From the NCBI RefSeq assembly GCF_006345805.1, contig NC_043008.1:14446001-14510000 (forward strand): 64,000 bases of DNA, given 5' to 3'. Under the pieces are notes generated by a model. The model ran no database searches and was not told the origin of the DNA. It was given only the letters and a program-made list of their open reading frames with translations. The first letter of the stretch is position 1, and the number at the start of each line of letters is the position of its first letter. The stretch is from Octopus sinensis. Taxonomy: Eukaryota. The translations under genes were made by a program, and so were the position numbers. Positions 23,598-36,559 of this stretch are shown piece after piece.

Positions 23598-23975
23598 TTG
23601 TGTGTCTGTGTTTGTCCCCCCAACATCGCTTGACAACTGATGCTGGTGTGTTTACGTCCCCGTAACTTAGCGGTTCGGCAAAAGAGACCAATAGAATAAG
23701 TACTAGGATTACAAAGAATAAGTCCTGGGGTCGATTTGCTCGACTAAAAGGTGTTACTCCAGCATGGCCGCAGTCAAATGACTGAAACAAGTGAAAGAGT
23801 AGCTGCAGGCGTCACTGGGCGGTAAGTAGCTTGTTTTCCAACCACATGGTTCCGGGTTCAGTCTCACTTCATGGCACCTTGGGCAAGTATCTTCTACTAT
23901 AACTTAGAGCAGACCAAAGTATTGTGAGTATATTTGATAGACGGAAACTGAAAGAAGCCCGTTGTATAGTATATA
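23362..23975 (+). mobile_element. Full composite SINE S3 followed by a second S3 left module
   Basis: Left module GGTAAGTAGCTTGCTTACC…GGCCAAGTGTCTTCTACTATAGCC (CORE-like), (TA)/(TG)n linker, right module ending CAGTCAAATGACTGAAACAAG. Confidence 0.88.
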
Positions 23976-24287
23976 TATGGAGGCACATGGCCTCGTGGTT
24001 AGGGTGTTGCTCTAGCGATCGTGAGTTCAATTCTTAACCGGGTGGCGCGTTGTGCTCTTGAGCGAAACGCTTCATTTGACGTTGCTCTGTGGTCACTTCG
24101 ACACCTGACGCATGACACACCTGTGTGCACCTGTTCAGGCAACATTCATTTGATGGAGGAAGTGACCTCTAATTTGCGGCACGAAGATTTGATCACTTTA
24201 AACAAATCATTTGCGCAGGTCATTCGGCGAAAGCTGAACCCTCATGCGTCGTATTCAACAGGTGAGTCTATCATATATGTGTGTGCA

Positions 24288-24326
<39 letters not shown>

Positions 24327-25039
24327 TGTCTGTGTGTGTGTGTGTGTTCCTTTGTGTCTGTTTGTCCCCCAGCACCGCTTGACAGCCAGCCTTGGTGTGT
24401 TTATGTCCCCGTAATTTAGCGGTTCGGCGAAAGAAGCCGATATAATAAATACCAAGCTTAACAAAAAGAAACAAAAAAACAAATACTGTTATCGATTCAT
24501 TCGACTAAAAGTTCATCGAGGTGGTGCCCCAGCAAGGCCGCAGTCCAATGACTGAGACGAGTGAAAGATAAATGATACACGCGTATACAGGCTGTTCTGC
24601 TTCAACGCGGGTTTCATTTATAATAATTAACAGCAATCTTGGGTTGAAATTTACCTAAACCGATTTTATATTCGCTTGCGTCACCAGCTTAATTTTGACC
24701 AGTCAGGTCAAAGCTGAGGTGGGAGTTTACAAACATGATTTTTAAAACATGTTGTTTACATATAATAATTAGTGCAGTGATTATTCGTTTACAAATTAAA
24801 AATGTTATTTAGCTGTTTCAACAGATATTTTAAGAATTTATAGTCATTATCAGCAGTGTATGTTTGCTATTCCAAAGTGTTTACTATCCATAGAATATTC
24901 TATTATTTTAATGTGAAATTATTATTGCTCAATAGCAAAATTTTAAAAGAGCAGATCGCTGGCTGGATGGATGGATGGATCGATCGATCGATCGATCGAT
25001 GGGAGGCTGGGCTGATGACTGCGCCTATATATATATTTC

Positions 25040-25435
25040 TTTATTGCCCACAAGGGGCTAAACACAGAGGGGACAAACAAGGACAGACAAAGGGATTAAG
25101 TTGATTACACTGACCCCAGTGCGTAACTGGTACTTTATTTATCGACCCCGAAAGGATGAAAGGCAAAGTCGACCTCGACGGAATTTGAACTCAGAACGTA
25201 ACGACAGACGAAATACCTATTTCTTTACTACCCCCAAGGGGCTAAACAGAGAGGGCACAAACAAGGACAAACAAACAGATTAAGTCGATTATATCGACCC
25301 CAGTGCGTAACTGGTACTTATTTAATCGACCCCGAAAGGATGAAAGGCAAAGTCGACCTCGGCGGAATTTGAACTCAGAACGTAACGGCTACGCATTTCG
25401 CCCGGCGTGCTAACGTTTCTGCCAGCTCGCCGCCT
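25040..25435 (-). mobile_element. S1 SINE with two core-tailA units
   Basis: Reverse complement of S1 with an internal junction at AATACC (25212-25217). Confidence 0.87.
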
Positions 25436-26349
25436 TTACTGGGCCTATATATATATTCTTGTATGTATGCAGAGGTCCTATTGGTTGGTATTACGGTGCA
25501 CAGTAAAACCACCAGGAGCAGGAATATCTCCATTGGTTGTCACAGCATCTTTCTATGCAAGGGACGCGGTTTCACATGGTTACTGGTCATCTTGCTTCGT
25601 CCTGTCACAAGATGCTGATCGCGGAGACTCAGAGAGTAGTACTTTGGGTTGTACATGCATTTATCACTATAATCCATTGATGTACAGATGTCTCTTTATG
25701 GTTACCTCATTTGTCATTTTATCTCCTGAAAGTCCTCTGGCGATGGAAGAGTTGCGACGTGTGCAGACCTAACAAGTAAGTTGCAGAGTAAGTTACAACT
25801 TTCGTCTATCACCTATGCTTCAAACCATGCAAATGCGCAGCTGAACTGAGCCGTCATCTGAGAGGTCATGGGCAGAACGTCAAAATTGCCATTGACAAAG
25901 AGGAAGCACTAGGAGACGGCAATTATTTATCAAGATGAATTAATCACTATGTAAAATGTATCAGATTAGAATAAATTAGTGAAGCCAAGTGCTTAAATTA
26001 ACAAGCAATCGCAACGATCCATCTCCTGGGCAGATAATGATTAAAAGTAATTTGCCTAATGGAAGGTGATGGAGGCTGGCTTAGCCTTCCTTGGACTAAA
26101 GACTTACCGCCGTCGACTAACAACGATTGTAGAGAATATGAGAAGAAAATATGTCTAATACTACAAGCTACAACAGAGTTGCTCTCGTGGCAAATTTGTG
26201 GAACAAATAAGGAGGTCTACATTAGGATTGGACGATTTGAACCATTAGAAAAACATTCTATTAAAATAAAAATAAAAAGCTACCATTTATAATAAAGTAG
26301 AGTCTATTTTTTGGTGAGAAAATAAACTTTTTTTATTATGAGAAAGTAG

Positions 26350-26645
26350 GTGGGCCTAGTGATTAGAGCAGCGGACTCGCGGTCGTGGGATCGTGAGTTC
26401 GAATCTCAGACCGGGCGATGTGTGTTTATGAGCGAAACACTTAAGCTCCACGCGGTTCCGGCAGAAGGTAATGCCGAACATCTGTTGACCCTTTCGCCAC
26501 AACTTTCTCTCACTCTTTCCTCTGGCATCTAGCAACGCACCTGTAAAGGACCGGCGTTCCGTCTAGGTGGGAAAGCTATACAACAATGAAACAGGGAAAC
26601 CGGCCCTTATGAGCCAGGCGTGGCTCATAAAGAAACAAACAACAC
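26350..26645 (+). mobile_element. SINE S2 with V-like tail
   Basis: Head GGCCTAGTGATTAGAGCAGCGGACTCGCGG and tail GGACCGGCGTTCCGTCTAGG…GGAAACCGGCCCTTATGAGCCAGG. Confidence 0.8.
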
Positions 26646-27421
26646 CAACAGGCGGGGATTAATCATCCCCAGCTAGTAAGAGCTGATTTGCAGGCTATAA
26701 GAATTGCACTACGGGTCGTAATGTTACGGTATGTGGTAAAGTACTCCGTACAGATACCGAAAACTACGGCTTTCTCGGCAGATTTCCAAGCTGTTAGAAT
26801 AATCATTTAATACCGGCTACATATATCGAACAAGTGAAATCCTAGTTTCTAATGCCAGACATTTCGTAATTATTCTAGGAATGAACTGTTTCAAATAATG
26901 GACAAAATTAATTATTCTATTATAAAAGGTTGACCAGATCCGCCTTTAGCACTTTTTTTTCCTATTGACTAGTGTTTACATGCAATCTTGTGATAATAGA
27001 GGAAGTTGTTAGCAAAGATTCCCAAGCTTTGCTGAATTTTGCCGTATGAATGTAATTATTTCTATCCTGTATTCACTCGCCGTTTTATATTGGAAAAAGC
27101 CTTCAGCGTAAACTTTATTCGGTGATGTTGGATTAATTGTGCTTGTTAAAATGCGTAAGCCAAACAATTCAGAATGGATCGTTTGCTTTAGAATTGAACG
27201 GTTCAATACCAGCTGCAGTTTCTCAATTCCCTTTCACTAATATTAACATGGGCTTTAAGTCCTTTAAACGTTCTCTTACAGTTGAAACTCAAGAGAATTT
27301 GAACGCTTTGGGAATTATAAAACTATCAACGAAAAGATACGAAATTATCTCTGGACATACGACTTACCTTTTATTTCTTTTCTTGTTCCAGCCGTTGGAC
27401 TGTAACCATGCTGGGGTATTG

Positions 27422-27852
27422 GGATCTTTTCGGTTTGAACGGCAGTTTTTTTGAAATAATTTCCACGTAACTAAACACTTTTAAACTTCGTATACTGGTA
27501 GATTGTGTTTATAAAACATCTTTTTCTCTTGGCTTTATTGAGAAAAGGCTATAGTTTTTAAGATATTTGTTGTTGTTTTTTTCTTCAACTTCTGCAATTT
27601 TAACCAATTAATGACATCTATTGAGATGAAAACATTCTGTGCTGTATGAATATGTCCCTCGTTTAAGAAACAGATTGGGTTTATTTACATTTCTGAAGAA
27701 AAAAAGATACCCTTTCCCCCACCCCTAACCCTAACCCTAACCCTAACCCTGAAACAGATTGATATGCAATAGATCGATACTAGGGTCATAATTATGGGTG
27801 ACAATTTCATATGACACCGCTAGAAAAACTGCCGTTCAAACCGAAAAGATCC
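27422..27852. mobile_element. Second copy of the telomere-repeat MITE, inserted in an S3 SINE (27370-28265, minus strand)
   Basis: Same TIRs as 873-1297. TSD GGGTATTG at 27414-27421 and 27853-27860. (CCCTAA)4 at ~27723-27750. Confidence 0.9.
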
Positions 27853-28709
27853 GGGTATTGATTTGAAGGGTTTAGTCGAACAATTCAACCCTGTACTTTG
27901 TTTTTTCGCGTCCTCTATTGGAGACTTTTGCCGAACCGCCAAGTTACGGTGACGTAAACAAACCAACAGCGGTGGCAGTCAAATACACCCATACATACAT
28001 ACATATATACATACATACATACATACATATACACACACACGCACACACATATATACATACATACATACACACAAATAGACATACACGCATGCATATATAC
28101 ATGATAGGTTTCCTCACAGTTTCAGTCTACCAGATTCACTCACAAGGCATTGGTCGACCGGGAGCTACAGTAGAAGGACACTTGCCCAAGGAACCGCGCA
28201 ATGGGATGGGAACCCAAAACCACGTGGCTACAAAAAGTATCTTCTTAACCACACAACCATGTGATACAAAAATCGAAAAAACTCACCGACTTAGTTTCAT
28301 AAAACAGATCCGCCATAGAACAATTCCCAAAGGGAAGTTTCTGGCAATTTTCAATTTCCTCTTTTTTATCTGTTTATTTGCTCTTTTTTTTTGATTACTT
28401 ATTTTCCATTTACCAGTTTCATCGCAGCCTGTATTTTCTTACTTTTCATATAATCTCACGTGGTTTTATCGAGTAAACGTCAACATGGAACGTGTTCAGA
28501 GAAACAATGAGATGTTTTTTTGTTGTTGTTATTGTTGTTGTTTTTCTCATTAACTCAGTGCACGGTTTTCTCTTTTTTTCTCTTTTATGCTTTTTTCTTT
28601 CCTTAATTTGAGAGACAATGATGTATAGCCTACATGCATATATCATACATATATATATTTTTTTATATGTTTTATATATATTTTATATATATATAATATA
28701 ATATACATA

Positions 28710-28742
<33 letters not shown>

Positions 28743-28755
28743 ATAATATATATAC

Positions 28756-28856
<101 letters not shown>

Positions 28857-28925
28857 CAAAAACAGTAAGATAACAAAAGAAAGAAAGAGACCTCAATATT
28901 ATGTAAATAAGGGGAAAAAAAGATG

Positions 28926-28995
28926 GCCAGATAACCGAAGAGATGGTGTTGTGGATTTCCACCTCGGCATCCGAAACGCAGAGTTTTATCTTGGC
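28926..28995 (+). ncRNA. Hammerhead-like motif HH-C in a rearranged PLE-type relic (28851-29030)
   Basis: GCCAGATAA-CCGAAGA-GATGG…CATCC-GAAA-CGCAGAG-TT-TTATCTTGGC. Confidence 0.65.
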
Positions 28996-29598
28996 TATTG
29001 AATAATTGTCACATATTATTTTACAGATATATATATATATATATTATGCATATATATGTGTACTTCCGGTTTCGTTGCAGAAACGCGGGCTTTTCGTGCT
29101 CCTGAAACAACCAAGAGAGATTCCCTAAATCGTCGAAAAATCTACTAAAACTGACAAAAAACAAACGTAGCACTTGTTATCTCATAACGCCCTACTATAA
29201 TATATTAGTAAAAAAATTTAATAAATTACACCAGAAGTTCAATGTATTACATTAAAGTCAGTGACGCAAGCCAGAGTTGTCCTCGGAGAAAGCACGTGGT
29301 GATAAATCGTACTTTCATTAGTGGCCGTGTGTAAAGAGTAATTGATTTTTCTTTGAAACAAAACCGCTTCCTACAAGAACAAGGATTGGAATTTTACCTC
29401 TTGGGAATAAGTATCCTATTCAATTTGTTGTTTATTTTGTTTTATCTTGGGTAATACTGGATAAAAATTTGAGTTAAGACGTATTGTTTGTTTATATTCT
29501 ATTTGAAAACTTACGGTAGCAAATACGAAACCTCTTCTTCTTTTCATTATCATTTTTCATTTAACATTTTCTTACAACGACCTCGTCGTTTATATTCT

Positions 29599-29996
29599 AC
29601 TAGCAGTATCGCCCGGCGTTGCTCGGGTTTGTAAAGGAAATAACTATATAAGAATTTTTAGAGAGTTATAGCCAAAAAATAGCAAAAAAATGCATTCAAA
29701 TGGGAAAAAAATTATGGTAATTTTTTTTTTAAATCGTTGACTCATCGTAGACATTTTTAGAGAGTTACTTCCCTTATATAATAGCGAAAAAATGGCATTA
29801 AAATGGAAAAAAATGATGGTAATTTTTTTTTAAATCATAGACTCATCGTAGACGCGCGCTAATACCCAGAAGGGCTCGATATGAATCACGACTATAAGAT
29901 ACCTGGTTTTGGTTAAACTGCACCGCAAAATGTGGGAGTAGTTAGGAATCTAAATCGTAGGAGACAGACACAAACCTCTCCTTTATATATAAAGAT
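29599..29996 (+). mobile_element. Non-autonomous Helentron/DINE-like element
   Basis: Begins ACTAGC…CCCGGCGTTGCTCGGG (subterminal hairpin), has internal A-rich duplications and ends CTTTATATATAAAGAT. Inserted at T|T with no TSD. Confidence 0.65.
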
Positions 29997-30089
29997 TTGA
30001 AAAATTTACGGTAGCAAATTCGTAACGAAACCTCTTTCTTTTCACTATCGGTTTTCCACTTTATCTTTCTTCTTACAGCGGCTCCCTCA

Positions 30090-30467
30090 CTCTATACCTT
30101 TCGTTTTTCTCTTTCCTTCATATCTTCGTCACCTGATCTTCCTCTCTCTCTTTCACACCTTCCCCGTCCTCTCTCCTCTCTCCTTCCCTTTCATATCTTC
30201 CTTCTTTTCCCACGTTTCTCTCCCTCCCTTTGTCTCTCTTTACACTTACCTCTCTCCCTCTCTCTTTCATACCTTCCTCGTTTTCTCACCCTTCTCCTTC
30301 ATTCTGTTTCTCCCTTCCTTTCATATCTTCCTCCTTGTCCCGCTTCACTCTCCCTCCATTTGCCTCTCTCTCTCTACATCTACCTCTCTCTCTCTTTTTC
30401 ATACCTTCTTTTTCTCTCCTTTCCCTCACTCAAATCTTCCTCCTTTTCCCACTTCTCTCTCCTTTCT

Positions 30468-30504
<37 letters not shown>

Positions 30505-30830
30505 ACATCTACCTTCCCCTCTCATCTCCCTCTCTCCCTCATATATTTCTCATTTTCCTCCTCTTCTTCTCACTCCGCCTCTTCCTTTCCCTCACATCCT
30601 TCATTCTCTCCTTCACTCTGTCTCCCTTTCTCTTCCTCTCTTTACCCTCTTCTGTCTCGCTATCGCTCCATGCCCCTTTTCTCTTTCTTCATATCACCCT
30701 CTATCTTTCCTTCATATCTGCCTCTCTCTATCCTTGATATCTCCCTCTTTCTTCCACTCTCCCTCCCTCTATCTTTCTTCCACTCTACCTCCCCTGTCTG
30801 TCTCACTTCCTCTCTATCCTCCCCTCCCCC
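30090..30830. repeat. Polypyrimidine (CT-rich) cryptic repeat tract
   Basis: About 740 bp of almost only C/T, with a recurring TTTCATATCTTCC unit. Confidence 0.85.
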
Positions 30831-30850
30831 TCTGAACTTAGTAAACGAAG

Positions 30851-31654
30851 ATGGCACCAAAGTGGGAGAGCAAAGAATTGAATCTTCTGTTGCAAGCATG
30901 GCAGATTGCTAGCGGCGATCCGCCAAACAACATCATCACTGCTGCACTGAAGAATAATGGCTTCTGTAGAACCATTGAGCAAATAGAGCGGAAGAAAAAT
31001 GAATTCATCTGGTTCTATACCCTTATTAGACCGCACATTGACACCCTTGGTGTCATCATGGAAAACCACTGTGACAAGGCTCATAAGGATAGGGATAATA
31101 AAGCAAAAACCCAGAAGTCTCTTTGATCCAATGGTCCCTCTAAAGAATGGATCCCCGCCCCTGCGAACAACCAGGTTGATAAGGATAGGGAAGCTGAAGA
31201 AGCAACAACTAGAAGTCCCTTTGTACCAGTGGTCCCACAAAGGAATGGAATCCTTACCCCATTGAACAACCAGAGGAATGCAAATGCTACCACCAGAAAA
31301 GGAAGGAAAGAACATGAGCAAAAACATGAAGAAGGAAGGGAAGAAAAAGGAAAAGAGGAAATGACTAAAACTGAAACCCCGAGCCACAAAACAAAAAACA
31401 GAAAACTCAAATATGGATGCTCCAATGGAATCCAAAACCCTAGAGGAGAGAAATCTGAAGTGAATTCAAAACCACGTAAATTTTAGCTGCAAGGCAAATG
31501 TTGGCATGGGGAAGATGGTACAAACTGCTGATTTGTTCACCTGAGGCCCCGCCAAAACTACAGGAACCTTAAAGAGAAATACTTCCCTGAGGAAAGGCAC
31601 GAATCGTCTCCAAGGAAAAGAATATGCAAATGCAATGCGCTCTTTAGATGATGT
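30851..31654 (+). pseudogene. Decayed ORF with N-terminal Myb/SANT-like domain, low-complexity linker and CCCH-type zinc finger (probably a LINE ORF1 relic)
   Basis: MAPKWESKELNLLLQAW…IITAALKNNGFCRTIEQIERKKNEF. The same frame continues past stops to KP(R)KF*LQGKCWHGEDGTNC*FVH. Confidence 0.55.
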
Positions 31655-31733
31655 TATATGCAAGAGCAGCAGTTTATATATTTATAGATATATACATTTT
31701 TATAAATATATAAATATATATTATATATATACA

Positions 31734-31774
<41 letters not shown>

Positions 31775-31864
31775 GTATGTATATATGTTATATATGTATA
31801 TAAATTAGAACGGGTCGACACTGCACAAACACACACACACACACATATATATATATACGGAAAC

Positions 31865-32170
31865 GTCGCCCTTTTCAAGCCTATCCAGGCTCATGGGCTC
31901 GGTTTCCCGATTTCTGTGGCGTATGTTTTCCCCCCAGCTGGACGGGACGCCAGTCCATCGCACCGTTACTCAAGAAACAGGAAAAGAGAGTGAGAGAAAG
32001 TTGTGGCGAAAGAGTACAACAGAGGTCGCCACCACCACCCCCTGCCGGAGCCTCGTGGAGCTTTTAGGTGTTTTCACTCAATAAACACATACAACGCCCG
32101 GTCTGGGAATCGAAACCGCGATCCTCCGACCGCGAGTCTACTGCCCTAACCACTGGGCCAGTGCACCTCC
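31865..32170 (-). mobile_element. SINE S2 with V-like tail
   Basis: Reverse complement has GATGGACTGGCGTCCCGTCCAGC and the S2 head. Confidence 0.85.
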
Positions 32171-32196
32171 ACACACACACACACATACATACATAC

Positions 32197-32237
<41 letters not shown>

Positions 32238-33369
32238 CTTATTTAAAGCAGCAGAAAATTCAACAACAAAATCAGTTACTCTGAGTTTCTCGTTGCCGTT
32301 CATCAGACAGTTTTTGCTAGATTCTAGCAAAAACTGTTGATGAACGGCAACGAGAAACTCAGAGTAACAGATTTTTTGAATTTTCTGCTGCTTAAAATAA
32401 AGCATATTACTCTACCACTGGTATTTGAGTACTCTTTTTTCCACCTTGTTTCACATTTATGTGTTTACTCCGGTGTATATATATATATATATATATATTG
32501 TCTGTCTCTAGTCATATGTATGTATGTATGCAAACACTCACATACACACTCGCAGACACGGCCATACACTATGGGCTACTACGCAGTTTCCAACAAACAA
32601 CCAAATTCGGCTGAATGGATTGAATACAGTAAAAGACACTTGTTCAAGCTTCTGTGCAGTTGGATCGAACATGTCAAATCAAATCTTCTCTTAACCACAA
32701 GGCTAACACTGATTAAATATGCTGTAGGAAACTTCATCAAAGTTACTTGTGGGGAGGAGCGCGCATCTTATGAACACACAGAACAAAAGAACGTAATGCA
32801 GAATAAAACAATGCAAATAAACTTAAGATCTACCCAGTGGGAATTTGCGGAGATAATTTACTAGAATTAAGTTTCACTAGCATTGGTCGGGTGGAGGCAG
32901 CTTCAGTCTTTTCAACGATCATAAATTGGCTTGTAAGAAATAATTGAGTGCTTGATTGAAAACCTGTTTTGATTTCCTTCGGCTGATCGCTTTTCTGACC
33001 GACATCATGGGGTTAAAAATGTATTTTAGCTCAAATATCTAATTGGCATTTCACATACTTTACTGCCATGATATCTCGGCTATCTATCAGCTGTCAACGG
33101 CATCGTTCGTCTGCATAATTGAAAATAAACTAATCAACGTGTCCGATGTCGTATGAATTAATTCAGGCCAACCAAATGAAAACAATATTATTCCGAGACG
33201 CCATTAGTTTAATAGATATCAGATATGTAGGTGAAGACATATTTAATGCTTAAACATTAAAAATCTCAAATAAGATTAGACATACGGTTAACGGAAAATT
33301 ATATTAACTGGTGCATAGTACAATTTCCCCTCACCTTAGCAAGTGTACAACCACAAGGTCCAGTCTTTG

Positions 33370-33770
33370 TTGTGGTGTGATGGCTTGAATGCCTCATGAC
33401 CCTGATAACTATGCCAGAGGAGGGCAATCTTCTGGAAGGATCTCCTGTGTTGGACAGGGCAAGAGATAGAAGCCAGACTAAAATATGGATCACATCTTAC
33501 CAGAGATGAAAATAGGTTCGAGTAGGGCCAACATTACTACATAGAAAAAATGCAAATTTAAAGAAGCGCCGATGAGAATTGAAAAACCAACGAGATCTGG
33601 AAGAGAAAAGCCTACCCTCTGGAGAAAATATGAGAGGGAGAGCTGTAAAGCAGGGATTCAGATGGAGAAAAACGGAAAAGACAGCCCTAAATTGATAACA
33701 GTAGAGAAAAGTTGTCGAAGATCTATGCTCCACAGAGAACGAAGGACTTACGTAAGTATGTAAGTTAGCA
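33370..33770 (+). mobile_element. Internally deleted RTE-like LINE relic (5' UTR-like part fused to 3' end)
   Basis: ATGCCTCATGACCCTGATAACTATGCC resembles RTE 5' ends. The 3' part encodes …EDLCSTENEGLT* followed by a TAAG-type tail. Confidence 0.5.
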
Positions 33771-34269
33771 AGTAAGGGACACAACATCAGGCTCATCCCG
33801 TTCTATTAAAACTCTTCAGCTGAAGTAGATTCACTGTAACTGGCGTATTAGTGTATTAGGAACGAATCATTAGGTATATATATATATTCAGATATATTTG
33901 TTTGTTGCGCTAATAAAGAGAATGAATGAAAACAAAAATTTTTCTGAAATTTCATTAATATGATGTCTAATAGCTAATTAGGCGAAAGCTTAGTTAATGC
34001 TGAGAATATTAAAAGCAAAAAAGTAAGATTGGATACATATTAAAAATACAGGAATAATTTAATTTCACCAATATACAGAATGTATTGCCCCTAAGGAGGT
34101 AAGATATATAACAATTTAATTCTGCCTCCCATTCCTCCTCTTCTTCTCTCTCGGTATAACAATAAAATAAACATATAGAATGTAACCTATATAAGGGGTG
34201 GGGAGTAAAAATCAACAGAAAGATAGGAGCTGCTTCGAGACACGTTTTTTCAAAAATAACTGCAACATT

Positions 34270-34433
34270 TCCATCATCATCATCATTATCATTATCATCA
34301 ATACCGTCATCATCATCACCACCACCATCATCATCATCATTTTTCGCAATCAACATTATCATCCCCATCGTCGTCGTTATCATCATTAGCTTTCTCATCA
34401 TCATCTTCATCATCATTGTCGTCATCAGCATTG

Positions 34434-34471
<38 letters not shown>

Positions 34472-34655
34472 TTCTTCCTTATCACCACCATCATCAGCAT
34501 CATAATCATCAACATCATCATCATCCTCATCACCATCATCATCATCATCATCATCATCGTCATCATCATCATCTTCATCATCATTGTTGTCATCATCATC
34601 ATTGTCATCATCATCATCATCATCATCTTCAGCATCATCATCATCATCATTGTCG

Positions 34656-34689
<34 letters not shown>

Positions 34690-34717
34690 TGTCGTCGTCG
34701 TCATCATCATCATCATC

Positions 34718-34758
<41 letters not shown>

Positions 34759-34825
34759 TGTCGTCATCATCATCATCATCATCATCATCTTCATTATCAC
34801 CACCATCATCACCATCGCCATCAAT
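34270..34825. repeat. (ATC)n trinucleotide microsatellite
   Basis: Read directly from the sequence. Confidence 0.95.
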
Positions 34826-35691
34826 AACAAGAACAACGGTGATTGTTTGTATTTTTCGCGATGTCAGCTGATTTATTTCTTACATCACCAATAACTCTAC
34901 CACAGCCTGCATCCTCCCATTTAAGCCTGGGACAGACGAACTCATCCAAAACCCTTGTAACAAAAGCAAAAATGGCCTTAAGACCAAAACAATAATTTGA
35001 TACAAATTCCATATCGGTAAATTTATAAAATTAAAGATTCATTATTTTTCTTAGCATATGTGTGAAGCCCATAGGTCCTTCTACACTTGTAACTCGCCCT
35101 TGGTAATAAAGATGTATTCCATTCTTTGTTTAGTCGGTGATATATGGTAAGTGGTGTCTACAATCAATGATTTTATGAGAACACGCAGAACAATAAGAAG
35201 ATAATTTTCTTGTTTTCCCCGCAAGAAAAATAAAATTAAAGCATGATAATGTAGTTACAATACCATTCAAACAAGTCGAAATAGGAACATAATTATCAAA
35301 TGTTCGAGTTATTTTGTTATTGTGTTAATACACATAAATAGATATAGAGATAGATACATATTTAGATATAAGTGTGCATGTATAGGTATATGTATACCAA
35401 CGAACTTATGTGTAGCCAAGTATGCTTGAAAAGTAGTTTCGGATTCAATCCCACTGCACGGCACACTGGGCGAAGTGTCGCCTAATAAAGCCCCAGGCCG
35501 ACCAACGCCTTGTGAGTGAATTTGGTAAACGAAAACAGTCAAAGCCGCCGTACATATATATACATATATACGTAAAAGACTTTTTCTATACCTGAGCGTT
35601 AAACTAATACATCTGTTTGTTTTGTACACCACCTGTCTTCGTGTTTTGTTTTTTTTTCGTAAACTCTCTCTCTCTCTCTCTCTCTCTCTCG

Positions 35692-35737
<46 letters not shown>

Positions 35738-35818
35738 GAATTTACAAAAAGACAAAGACGAAGATGGGTGGTTAAACAAACAAACTGATGTATTAGTTTA
35801 ACGCTAGGAAGTGAGAAA

Positions 35819-35856
35819 GTCTTTACGTTTCGAACCTACGCTCTTCGACAGAAAGG
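35819..35856 (-). ncRNA. Degenerate hammerhead-like motif (HH-B-related, GCGTAGG loop)
   Basis: Minus strand reads CCTTT-CTGTCGA-AGAGCGTAGGTTC-GAAA-CGTA-AAG. It lies in the relic 35730-35930 with (TA)n on both sides. Confidence 0.5.
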
Positions 35857-35936
35857 AACACAGGAAAGAAAAAACACAGGAGAGAAAATAGAAAAAGATT
35901 TAGTGGCTACCGATCTATCATGGCGAATATATATAT

Positions 35937-35996
<60 letters not shown>

Positions 35997-36254
35997 TATA
36001 TATCAAATGTGAGGATAAAATTCTTTTCGAAACAAATATTTTCTCGAAAAAAATTTATCAATGGCCAGCATATTAAAAAATATCTTTAACGGTTAAATTT
36101 ATAAACAATTCATAAATGAGGGCAAAGGAAAAAATTTCTAATGCCAAATATGCCGAAAAATTGGACATATTGTCCATTAACCATATAATTTTTTCACAAT
36201 ACGCACGCTACTCGAAAAAAGGTCGACAGAAATTTCTAAAAAATTCCATTATTA

Positions 36255-36312
36255 CCATATCGGACCGATTTCAGAGTTAGCTACTAAGAGCCTTCTCTTC
36301 GTCAGTGATGCA
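36255..36312 (-). ncRNA. Degenerate hammerhead-like motif (family HH-D)
   Basis: Minus strand reads CATCA-CTGACGA-AGAG…CTCT-GAAA-TCG-GTC-CGAT. Stem II AGAG/CTCT is intact and stem I is partly mismatched. Confidence 0.5.
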
Positions 36313-36559
36313 TGTGGCAAAAGAAATAAATAAGATACTTACTCATACCCATGGAAGAAGCAAATACTAAGTCATGGGCACAACTAAGTACCCCAAATAC
36401 ATCCAAAATAGAAATACTCCAGCCCATTCGAGGCACGTGCGATTTGAACATATATATATATATAGTAATAATAACAATAATCCTTAGATGGACGCATTGC
36501 TACGCGCGTTCCAACAAATCACATCACTTTTAAGATAACATTCCGTATTCCTGAGATAA

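Noticed and set aside
25480-25790. Possible LINE AP-endonuclease remnant on the minus strand (also 42640-42900)
   Set aside because: Only vague motif resemblance with many stops, so it cannot be supported.
34009-34871. 275-aa poly-Met ORF
   Set aside because: (ATC)n artefact.
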